In this document: positions 9,563 through 17,519 of the stretch, piece after piece
Layout of the letters: every line of letters begins with the position of its first letter
How positions within the stretch are numbered: the stretch's first letter is position 1
Source of the DNA: a virus
Taxonomy: Duplodnaviria > Caudoviricetes
DNA length: 29,662 nucleotides
Direction: 5' to 3' (one strand)
Virus record (IMG/VR): IMGVR_UViG_3300046009_005325
Coordinates: 1 to 29,662 of that record
The notes under the pieces: generated by a model
What the model saw: only the letters and a program-made list of their open reading frames with translations
Told to the model about the DNA's origin: nothing
The model's database searches: none
Position numbers and translations under genes: made by a program

Positions 9563-10369
9563 ATGATTGATATTGTGACTCTTTCTTGCAATGAAGACCC
9601 GATGTATTGGGAGTTTTGGAATCCTATCTCCAAACATTGGAAACAGGAGTTTGGTATACATCCTGTTCTCTTTTACTATGGGTCTGCAAATCCATCCCTG
9701 TCAGAAGAAAACGGAACCATCGTTTATCATGATGTCATAGACGATATCCCAGACTATGTTGCTGCCACTTGGGGCAGATTTTGGGTAACAAAATTCTTCC
9801 CACAAAAAATGTGCTTGATCAGCGACATTGATATGTTTCCATTATCTCGTGGCTTTTTTTTGGAGAAATCCAATTCACAAGTTGACGTATACACGCATCT
9901 GAATGCGGACGCATATCATGTTGGCAACTTTGAGTGTTGGAAAGATGACGGTGTTACAGTTCCAGTGTGTTATCACTTGGCAACATCTGAAATGCTCAAT
10001 TCTGTATATGGTTTTTCTGATACTTTTCATGATGAAATTCAAAAACTACTAAGCCGAAACTACACAGAGTACAGGAGCGGATTTGCTTCAACCTCCGAGG
10101 CTCATCTGCAAAAGGCAAGTGCTGATCATGGTGGTATGTGGGGAATTGATGAAATGTATTCTTCATCGCTGCTCCGTGAGTATTTTAGAGCAGGAGGAGT
10201 GGTAAGTGTTGGTCAACGAGTGCTTCCGCAGAACAGGTTGTGCAGATCACGAATAGGTTCTCAACTTTCTACTTTTAGTGCTGGAACACACATTGACTTT
10301 CATTCTGTTCGTCCTTACAATACTTACAAACACGACATACAGCAACTGTTGAAAAGAGGAACTGCATGA
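9563..10369 (+). CDS. Hypothetical, putative GT-A-like glycosyltransferase
   Basis: LSCNEDPMYWEFW, ISDIDMFPLS (DxD), PVCYH, WGIDE, DFHSVRPY; GAGGT SD. Confidence 0.55.
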   Translation: MIDIVTLSCNEDPMYWEFWNPISKHWKQEFGIHPVLFYYGSANPSLSEENGTIVYHDVIDDIPDYVAATWGRFWVTKFFPQKMCLISDIDMFPLSRGFFLEKSNSQVDVYTHLNADAYHVGNFECWKDDGVTVPVCYHLATSEMLNSVYGFSDTFHDEIQKLLSRNYTEYRSGFASTSEAHLQKASADHGGMWGIDEMYSSSLLREYFRAGGVVSVGQRVLPQNRLCRSRIGSQLSTFSAGTHIDFHSVRPYNTYKHDIQQLLKRGTA

Positions 10370-10971
10370 AAATAGAGTGCGTGCTATTTGATCTTGATGG
10401 AGTTCTTGTAGATGCCTGTGAGTGGCACTACAACGCACTAAACGAAGCGATGAATGAGATCGTTGGATTTCAAATATCCAGAGAAGATCACATCAACAAG
10501 TACAATGGACTACCTACAGCAGTCAAATTGAGTATGCTTGGAATTGAAACATCTACAGCATCGCGCATAGAAGCAGTAAAGCAAATGAAGACTTTGGAGA
10601 TGATCGCTGAATATGGGAAAATCATGCCCGAGAAACAAGAATTGCATTCTTATCTTAAAAATCAAGGCATCAAGATAGCGTGTGTCACAAACTCCATTCA
10701 CACAACAGCAATGGCTATGCTGCGTCAAACTGATCAGATTAAGTTCATGAATTTGATTGTCAGTAATGGTGATGTGCAGAAAAATAAACCACATCCAGAT
10801 TGTTACAATTTTGCAGTAAAAACTCTTGGAGTCAATCCGTCCGCGTGTTTATGTGTGGAAGATTCTCCGAAGGGAATAGAGGCTGCACGTGCATCATGCG
10901 TTCCAAACTTATGGATAGTTTCTAATACTTCCGATGTGACTCTTGAAAACTACAAGAAGGTCGTAACATGA
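10366..10971 (+). CDS. HAD-superfamily phosphatase (class IA)
   Basis: FDLDGVLVD motif I, VTNS motif II, KPHPD motif III, VEDSPKG motif IV. Confidence 0.92.
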   Translation: MKIECVLFDLDGVLVDACEWHYNALNEAMNEIVGFQISREDHINKYNGLPTAVKLSMLGIETSTASRIEAVKQMKTLEMIAEYGKIMPEKQELHSYLKNQGIKIACVTNSIHTTAMAMLRQTDQIKFMNLIVSNGDVQKNKPHPDCYNFAVKTLGVNPSACLCVEDSPKGIEAARASCVPNLWIVSNTSDVTLENYKKVVT

Positions 10972-11687
10972 ATATACTCATACCTATGGCTGGAGAGGGC
11001 AGTAGATTTGCAAAGGAAGGTTATACCTTTCCGAAACCGTTGATTGATGTGGATGGCAAGCCAATGATCCAACAGGTAGTAGAAAATCTCAAGTTTTCTG
11101 CTGATTTCATCTTCCTTGTTCGTAAAGAACATCTGCACAAGTACAAAGGTTTATCTGTTACCCTGCAAAACATCACGGGTGGACGAACTAATATCATTGA
11201 AGTTGATGGATTAACTGAGGGGGCTGCTTGTACTGCCCTTCTTGCAAAAGAACACATTAACACCGATGATGATCTGTTGATTGCCAATTCCGATCAAATA
11301 ATCTATTACCGTGCAGAAAATTTTCTGACTATGAAAAATATGACAACAGCGGACGGAATTGTTTTTACATTTAATGCGGTTCATCCCAAGTGGTCTTTTG
11401 CCAAAATTGGCGAATCTGGATTTGTGACAGAGGTGGCTGAAAAGGTTCCAATTTCAAATGTTGCAACCTGCGGCATCTATTGGTATCGCAAAGGAAAAGA
11501 CTTTGTTGATGCAGCAGAAAGCATGATTGTAAAAAATATTCGTGTGAATAACGAATTCTATATTGCACCAGTGTACAATGAAATGATTGGCAGAGGAAAA
11601 ACTGTTATTCCGTTTTTCGTTCAGGAGATGCACGGTATTGGAACTCCAGAAGACTTGAATGCGTTTCTGTCAAAGAGAGAAAGATGA
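10968..11687 (+). CDS. Sugar-phosphate nucleotidyltransferase (BcbE-like / NTP_transferase fold)
   Basis: IPMAGEGSRF..GY..PKPLI, TEGAACT, IANSDQ, EK..IS..ATCGIY, NNEFYIAPVYN, GTPEDL. Confidence 0.88.
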   Translation: MNILIPMAGEGSRFAKEGYTFPKPLIDVDGKPMIQQVVENLKFSADFIFLVRKEHLHKYKGLSVTLQNITGGRTNIIEVDGLTEGAACTALLAKEHINTDDDLLIANSDQIIYYRAENFLTMKNMTTADGIVFTFNAVHPKWSFAKIGESGFVTEVAEKVPISNVATCGIYWYRKGKDFVDAAESMIVKNIRVNNEFYIAPVYNEMIGRGKTVIPFFVQEMHGIGTPEDLNAFLSKRER

Positions 11688-11690
11688 GCC

Positions 11691-12131
11691 ATGAAAATCA
11701 TATCTCACCGAGGAAACCTAAACGGTAGGATTACAGATAAGGAGAACAATCCTTCTTACATTCAAGAGGCAATAGATTATGGTTGCGAAGTTGAAGTTGA
11801 TGTGTGGTACGTGAATGACAAGTTTTATTTGGGTCACGATGCACCTCAGTATTCGGTTAGTGAGTCTTGGCTAAACGACAGAAGAGATGTTCTGTGGTGC
11901 CATGCAAAAAACACTGCTGCCCTTCAACGCATGATTGAGATTGGGTTGCACTGCTTTTGGCACGAAACAGATAGATTCACCTTGACTAATAGAGGAATAC
12001 CGTGGTGTTATCCAAAAAACCACATCCGTGGTGGGATTGTCGTTGTGTTTGATGTGAATGTGCAGTTGGTTTTGCCTGCGGACATACTTGGAGTGTGTAC
12101 CGATGAACCAAACAGATGGAGAAAATCATGA
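11691..12131 (+). CDS. Small GDPD/PLC-like phosphodiesterase-fold protein
   Basis: IISHRGN, ENN, VEVDVW, LGHD, WCHAKN, GVCTD. Confidence 0.75.
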   Translation: MKIISHRGNLNGRITDKENNPSYIQEAIDYGCEVEVDVWYVNDKFYLGHDAPQYSVSESWLNDRRDVLWCHAKNTAALQRMIEIGLHCFWHETDRFTLTNRGIPWCYPKNHIRGGIVVVFDVNVQLVLPADILGVCTDEPNRWRKS

Positions 12132-12823
12132 GAGATCTGCTAATCGTGTCATCCCATTTCAATGAAGACTTGTCGTGGTTAGTCAACCAAGACAAGTACG
12201 ACTACATGGTGTATTCCAAGAAACCGCAAGAGGCACTTGATCAAGGTGTCCACTACAGAAAATTAGAGTTCGTGCCCAATCGCGGTCAAGATCATTCGTC
12301 GTACTACAAGTTCATACTTGACAATTATGATATGCTTCCAGACTACATTGCTTTCTGTCACGGTCACAACCACTCATGGCACATGGACAAAACGATCATT
12401 GAAGCGATAGACTCATACGATGGTAGCGATTACTTTAATTTGAATAACTCGTATTTCAGGAACATATTCCATGATGATGGATGTGGTGACGAATCACACA
12501 AGAAACAGTGGGAAAACATCAAGTTCATATGCAAAAAGATAGAGTTGGACATACCAAAGTATCTTGAGCACAGTATGTGCTGTCAATTTGTCACCAAGCG
12601 GGAGTGCATTCTGAGACACCCTTGCTCTTTCTACAATACTTGCTACGCTTACATGATGGAGCAGGCAGACATGGATAACATAAGGGCATCCTTGGTATTT
12701 GAGCAACTTTGGTACTTCATACTTACGGGCAAATCAGTTGAGCCTGCACTAGTGGTTCCTAACATAATTGACGAGCGTGGTTGGAGGCGCGATGATCTCA
12801 GAGAAAAGTTTGGTGTGGCATGA
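12128..12823 (+). CDS. DUF3431-like protein
   Basis: VSSHFNEDLSW, PNRGQDHSSYY.FI.DNYD.LPD...FCHGH...WH, CCQFV, FEQLW..I. Confidence 0.75.
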   Translation: MRDLLIVSSHFNEDLSWLVNQDKYDYMVYSKKPQEALDQGVHYRKLEFVPNRGQDHSSYYKFILDNYDMLPDYIAFCHGHNHSWHMDKTIIEAIDSYDGSDYFNLNNSYFRNIFHDDGCGDESHKKQWENIKFICKKIELDIPKYLEHSMCCQFVTKRECILRHPCSFYNTCYAYMMEQADMDNIRASLVFEQLWYFILTGKSVEPALVVPNIIDERGWRRDDLREKFGVA

Positions 12824-13638
12824 TTAGTGTCTATGGTGGTCGCGGGTTTGTAGGCACTCGCTACTGTGAGATGTTTCCTGATGCTTTTGTCATCCCAAGG
12901 GAAGAGAACGTTCCTGCTTCATCCGAGGTTCTGTATTTCATAAGCACAACTCACAACTACAATATCTTCACAGAACCACACAAGGACATTGACACCAACC
13001 TGAGCAAGTTGATAGCAGTCTTGGAGGAGTGCCGAAAGCGCGATCCCAATACCACATTCAATTTTGTCAGTTCTTGGTTTGTATATGGCATGAATTGCAC
13101 GTTGAATACAAAGGAAACTGACCCCTGTGATCCTCGTGGCTTCTATTCCATAACAAAGAGAGCGGCAGAGCAGATGCTGATATGCTATTGTAACACTTTT
13201 GGAATGAAGTACAGGATACTCAGACTCACCAATATCATAGGCGAAAGCGATCCCAAAGTGTCTTCACAAAGAAACGCGTTGCAGTACATGATTAGTTTGC
13301 TGAAGAAAAACGAGCCTGTGAAACTGTACGACAATGGCTCAAACATCAGGGATTTCATGTACGTTAATGATGCTTGCCGCGCCATTCGGGTGTGCTTGGA
13401 TAGCAGTCCAGTGAATGAAATAGTTAACATCAGCAACACCCAACCCACACCAATAGGATCAATCATACGGTACTGCAAGGAAAAGTTGGGTTCTCAGTCT
13501 GAACTTGTCTCAATTGATGCACCACACTTTCATAAAGTGGTGCAAGTAACTGATGTGTGCCTGAATACAGACAAACTCAAGTCATACGGATACGTTCCCT
13601 CCATACATACGATGCAGGCAGTGGACAGGCTATTGTGA
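12820..13638 (+). CDS. NAD(P)-dependent epimerase/reductase (extended SDR)
   Basis: GGRGFVG, SSWFVYG, YSITK (YxxxK), RLTNIIG, RDFMYVND. Confidence 0.88.
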   Translation: MISVYGGRGFVGTRYCEMFPDAFVIPREENVPASSEVLYFISTTHNYNIFTEPHKDIDTNLSKLIAVLEECRKRDPNTTFNFVSSWFVYGMNCTLNTKETDPCDPRGFYSITKRAAEQMLICYCNTFGMKYRILRLTNIIGESDPKVSSQRNALQYMISLLKKNEPVKLYDNGSNIRDFMYVNDACRAIRVCLDSSPVNEIVNISNTQPTPIGSIIRYCKEKLGSQSELVSIDAPHFHKVVQVTDVCLNTDKLKSYGYVPSIHTMQAVDRLL

Positions 13639-13656
13639 ACTAGTAGAGAATGAACC

Positions 13657-13896
13657 ATGTACATTGAAACCAAGCAGAGAAGTTGGAGCAAATCTGTGAT
13701 ATGGAGGCTGATTGCAACAGCCAATAGTTTTGCCATTCTAACGGCAGCAATTACAGGTAGCCCCCTTTGGAATGCAATCTGCATGAATATCACAGGGCTG
13801 TTTGTGTACTACTTCTACGAGCGCATTTGGAACAGGATATCGTGGGGTAAAATTACAGTGAAAGACTCAAGTCAGAATGGAGAGATTCATGAATAA
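13657..13896 (+). CDS. DUF2061-like small membrane protein
   Basis: ET..RS..KS..WR..AT, two hydrophobic segments, YYFYERIWN.I.WG. Confidence 0.8.
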   Translation: MYIETKQRSWSKSVIWRLIATANSFAILTAAITGSPLWNAICMNITGLFVYYFYERIWNRISWGKITVKDSSQNGEIHE

Positions 13897-14860
13897 GGTG
13901 ATGATCGTTGGTGGTGCTGGATACATCGGCACTCTTCTGTCTTCTGAACTGCATGACAGAGGCTATGATGTTTCAATTGTGGATCTTCTGTGGTTTGGAA
14001 ACAATCTTCCAACTCACCTGAAGACAAAGGTAAGGCAGGCAGATGTGTTTGATCTAACACAGAAGGACTTGGAGGGGTTTCACTCCGTGGTGTTTATTGC
14101 TGGTCTGTCAAACGATCCGATGGCAGACTACTCGCCTTCAAAGAACTTCATTTCTAATTCAGCCAGTCCTGCGTACCTTGCGTACATTGCAAGAAAGGCT
14201 GGCGTTCGTCGCATGGTCTATGCGAGCAGTTGTTCCGTCTATGGATACGCTGTTGACGAGTTTTATGACGAAAACGGACCAACCACTGCCGTATATCCGT
14301 ATGGAATATCAAAACTACAAGGGGAGCGATCTGTTGTTCAGATGGCTACGGACGATTTCTCCGTGATCGCTTTGAGAAAGGGTACTGTTTCTGGAGTCAG
14401 TCCACGAATGAGATTTGATTTGGTGGTTAACTCCATGTTCAAAAGCGCACTCACCACAAACACCATAACAATGAGCAACCCTTCAATATGGCGACCCATT
14501 CTCTCAATCAGGGATTGTGTTTCCGCTTACATGAGAGCAATTGAGTCTGACTGCTCTATATCTGGAGTATTCAACGTTGCATCAGAAAACTGCACAGTGG
14601 GAACTATAGCGGATGTTGTGAAGGCAACATTTGAGGAAGAGTTGGGAACCAAGCCAACCATCATAAACAACAACGTAAAGGATGTTAGAAATTACAAGGT
14701 GAACTGCGACAGGGCAGCAACTGTATTGGGATTCGTTCCAAAATACGGTCTTAGGAACATTGTTGTTGACTTGATCAGGAATCGTGATAAGTTTGGCGAC
14801 ATGAACAATCCCGCTTACTACAACATCAAGACATTCGTGAACATGGAGACATCAAGATGA
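13889..14860 (+). CDS. NAD-dependent nucleotide-sugar epimerase/oxidoreductase (extended SDR)
   Basis: GGAGYIG, AGLSNDP, ASSCSVYG, YGISK, GVSPRMRFDLVVN, WRP; GGAGA SD before ATG 13889. Confidence 0.9.
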   Translation: MNKVMIVGGAGYIGTLLSSELHDRGYDVSIVDLLWFGNNLPTHLKTKVRQADVFDLTQKDLEGFHSVVFIAGLSNDPMADYSPSKNFISNSASPAYLAYIARKAGVRRMVYASSCSVYGYAVDEFYDENGPTTAVYPYGISKLQGERSVVQMATDDFSVIALRKGTVSGVSPRMRFDLVVNSMFKSALTTNTITMSNPSIWRPILSIRDCVSAYMRAIESDCSISGVFNVASENCTVGTIADVVKATFEEELGTKPTIINNNVKDVRNYKVNCDRAATVLGFVPKYGLRNIVVDLIRNRDKFGDMNNPAYYNIKTFVNMETSR

Positions 14861-16185
14861 TACAGGTAAATGTTCAAAAGGTCACTGACGACCTTCACGC
14901 AGCCATAAAGACACGCCTCGCAATGAACAAGCGCGAGTGGATACCAGGAGAGAGTTGGGTTCAGTATGCTGGAAACTACTTCACGGAAGAGGAGTACATC
15001 GCGGCTATAGATTGCCTCCTTAACGGTTGGCTTGCTCTTGGCGAGAACGGAATACGGTTTGAGAACAAGTTCTGTGCCCATTTGGGAAAGGATCACGGAT
15101 GTCTGTCAAACAGCGGTTCCAGTGCCAATCTGCTCATGGTCACAGCATTGAGTTCAAAGAGACTGTGGAACTTGCCAAAGGGATCCAAGATCATCACGCC
15201 TGTGGCTGGATTTCCTACAACCATAAATCCCATAGTTCAGAACGGGTATGAGCCTGTGTTTGTGGATATTGAACTGAACACCCTCAACCTTGATGTGAAC
15301 CAATTGGAAGCCGCTGCAAAATCAGGCGCAAAAGCACTGATATTTGCCCATGTGTTGGGCAATCCGCCAAACATGGATGCAGTGATGGACATAGTTAATC
15401 GCTACAATCTCATACTTCTTGAGGACTGCTGCGATGCGTTGGGCAGCACTTACAAGGGAAAACTTCTAGGATCATTTGGTGAGATTGCTACTTGCTCATT
15501 CTATCCCGCTCATCATATCAGCATGGGGGAGGGTGGATTCGTTGCCACACGCACCAAGGATCAGGAAATGGTTGTAAAGAGCCTTCGTGAGTGGGGAAGA
15601 GGTTGCTATTGCTCTGGAAAGGCTGCTTCTTGCTTGAAGAATGGAATGTGCAAGAAGAGGTTCAGCAATTGGCTACCTTCTCTTCCAAACGAGATATTTG
15701 ATCACAAGTTTGTGTACGAGGAGATAGGCTATAACCTAAAGCCTTTGGACTTGCAGGCTGCTATGGGAATTACTCAATTAGACAAGTTGAGTTGGATCAT
15801 TGAGCGCAGAAAGCACAACTACGAGAGACTGTTTGACATTTTCTCAAAGTATGAGGACAAGTTCATCCTTCCAAGAGCAACAGAGGGAGCAGATCCGTCT
15901 TGGTTTGCCTTTCCAATGACGGTGAAAGAAGGAGCAGGTTTCAAGAGGAGCGATCTGACTGGTTACTTTGAGGAGAACAAGATTCAGACGCGCAACTACT
16001 TTGCAGGAAACATACTTCTACAGCCAGCATACAGCGGTTTCAGTTCTGTTGACCCTGTGAAGGCATTTCCGAATGCCACCACAGCAACAACCAACACTTT
16101 CTTTTTGGGCGCGAGTCCGGTCATCACTGATCAGCAAATTGACTACATAGAATGTGTTCTTTCGTCTTTCATGCAGGGAAAATAA
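14857..16185 (+). CDS. rfbH: RfbH/DdhC-type NDP-4-keto-6-deoxyhexose 3-dehydrase (E1; PMP, [2Fe-2S])
   Basis: NSGSSANLL, GFPTTINPI, AHVLGNP, EDCCDALG, SFYPAHHISMGEGG (His at the aminotransferase Lys position), WGRGCYC..C..C..RF Cys cluster, GYNLKPLDLQAA. Confidence 0.9.
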   Translation: MIQVNVQKVTDDLHAAIKTRLAMNKREWIPGESWVQYAGNYFTEEEYIAAIDCLLNGWLALGENGIRFENKFCAHLGKDHGCLSNSGSSANLLMVTALSSKRLWNLPKGSKIITPVAGFPTTINPIVQNGYEPVFVDIELNTLNLDVNQLEAAAKSGAKALIFAHVLGNPPNMDAVMDIVNRYNLILLEDCCDALGSTYKGKLLGSFGEIATCSFYPAHHISMGEGGFVATRTKDQEMVVKSLREWGRGCYCSGKAASCLKNGMCKKRFSNWLPSLPNEIFDHKFVYEEIGYNLKPLDLQAAMGITQLDKLSWIIERRKHNYERLFDIFSKYEDKFILPRATEGADPSWFAFPMTVKEGAGFKRSDLTGYFEENKIQTRNYFAGNILLQPAYSGFSSVDPVKAFPNATTATTNTFFLGASPVITDQQIDYIECVLSSFMQGK

Positions 16186-16197
16186 GGAGATCGTGAA

Positions 16198-17382
16198 ATG
16201 TCTACAGTATGCCTATCAATGATCGTGAAGAACGAAACTCATATCATCCATGAGTGCCTTAACTCCATCCACAACCACATTGACTATTGGGTGATAGTTG
16301 ACACGGGATCCACTGACGGTACTCAGGATCTCATACGGAAATTCTTCGCGGAGAAGGGAATTCCTGGTGAACTCCATGAGCGTCCGTGGGTAAGTTTCGG
16401 TCACAACCGCAGCGAGGCACTTGCACTCTGTGACGGCAAGAGCGACTACGCGTGGATGATTGACGCAGACGACCAAATCATCGGAGACTTTCGCTATCCA
16501 AATGGCAAGAAGATGACTGCTGATGCCTACGCCCTGAAGTGTGGTCGCGACAATTGCATTTGGTGGCGCAACCAGATCTTCAAGACAGGCATTGGGTGGA
16601 AGTACATCGGCATTCTCCACGAGTACGCACACTGCGAAAAACAGCCGCTCATTCAGGAGAAACTGGACGGCAACTACTTCCTTGAGGCACGGACTCTTGG
16701 TCACAGGAATGTGAACGTCACTCCCATAGAGAAATACTCCAAGGACGCTATCGTGCTTGAGGAAGCCCTGAAAACCGAGCCAAACAACTCCCGCTACCAG
16801 TTCTACCTTGCGCAGTCGTACTTTGACTCGCAGCAGTGGGACAAGGCAATTGGGGCGTATTACAAGCGGGTGGAGATGGGTGGATGGGAAGAGGAGTGCT
16901 ACTACTCCCTGTTCCGTGTGGCACTGTGCGAGATCTCCAAGAACTCTGATTGGACGATTGTGCAGCAGAAACTGCTGGACTCCTTTGACTACCGCCCGTG
17001 CCGCGCAGAACCACTCCATGCCATTGCGCGGTTCCTCCGCATGAACGGTCGTCCGCGTGCCGCGTATCTGTTTGCAAAGCACGCTGCAACCATTCCGTAT
17101 CCCCACCAAGACATTCTGTTCATTGACAACAACGTCTACGAGTGGATGGTGCTGGACGAGTTGTGCTCCACTGCGTTCTATGCCCACGACTTCCAAACAG
17201 GCTATGCTGCGTGTGATGCGCTCCTAAAGAGCGGAAGACTCCCACAGGGCGAAGTGGAACGCGTGAACAAGAATTTCCAAGCATACAAGGAGCGATTGGC
17301 AGCGCAGGCACAGCAGGTTCCTGTGATCACTGCCCCCGCTATAAATAAGAGCATACGGACATTCAAGAAGCGGAGAGTGTAA
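16198..17382 (+). CDS. GT2 glycosyltransferase with C-terminal TPR repeats
   Basis: CLSMIVKNE, VDTGSTDGT, FGHNRSEAL, IDADD, LHEY; TPR-like RYQFYLAQSYFD..W..AI..Y; AAGGAG SD. Confidence 0.9.
   Translation: MSTVCLSMIVKNETHIIHECLNSIHNHIDYWVIVDTGSTDGTQDLIRKFFAEKGIPGELHERPWVSFGHNRSEALALCDGKSDYAWMIDADDQIIGDFRYPNGKKMTADAYALKCGRDNCIWWRNQIFKTGIGWKYIGILHEYAHCEKQPLIQEKLDGNYFLEARTLGHRNVNVTPIEKYSKDAIVLEEALKTEPNNSRYQFYLAQSYFDSQQWDKAIGAYYKRVEMGGWEEECYYSLFRVALCEISKNSDWTIVQQKLLDSFDYRPCRAEPLHAIARFLRMNGRPRAAYLFAKHAATIPYPHQDILFIDNNVYEWMVLDELCSTAFYAHDFQTGYAACDALLKSGRLPQGEVERVNKNFQAYKERLAAQAQQVPVITAPAINKSIRTFKKRRV
17340..17347 (+). promoter_or_regulatory. T4 late promoter consensus TATAAATA
   Basis: Exact match within the 3' end of the GT2-TPR gene, ~35 nt before ATG 17382. 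Confidence 0.7.
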
Positions 17383-17519
17383 TGGCAAACAGAGGCAGAA
17401 CAGGCAAGGGCAAGGGCGGATTCGGCAGCACCCGAACCAAGCGGTGGCGCAAGCACACCGAGCAGGTAAAGTATCTTAACCGCCGCCGCACACAAGATCC
17501 AACCTACAAGGCAGTGTAA
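17382..17519 (+). CDS. 45-aa highly basic peptide (not in the ORF track)
   Basis: MANRGRTGKGKGGFGSTRTKRWRKHTEQVKYLNRRRTQDPTYKAV; TAATG overlaps at both ends and a GGAG SD. Confidence 0.7.
   Translation: MANRGRTGKGKGGFGSTRTKRWRKHTEQVKYLNRRRTQDPTYKAV

Noticed and set aside
6266-17382. Island as bacterial LPS-locus contamination or a chimeric assembly
   Set aside because: Genes are coupled continuously with phage genes, share the same palindrome avoidance, and lack wzx/wzy/wzm and other bacterial locus markers.
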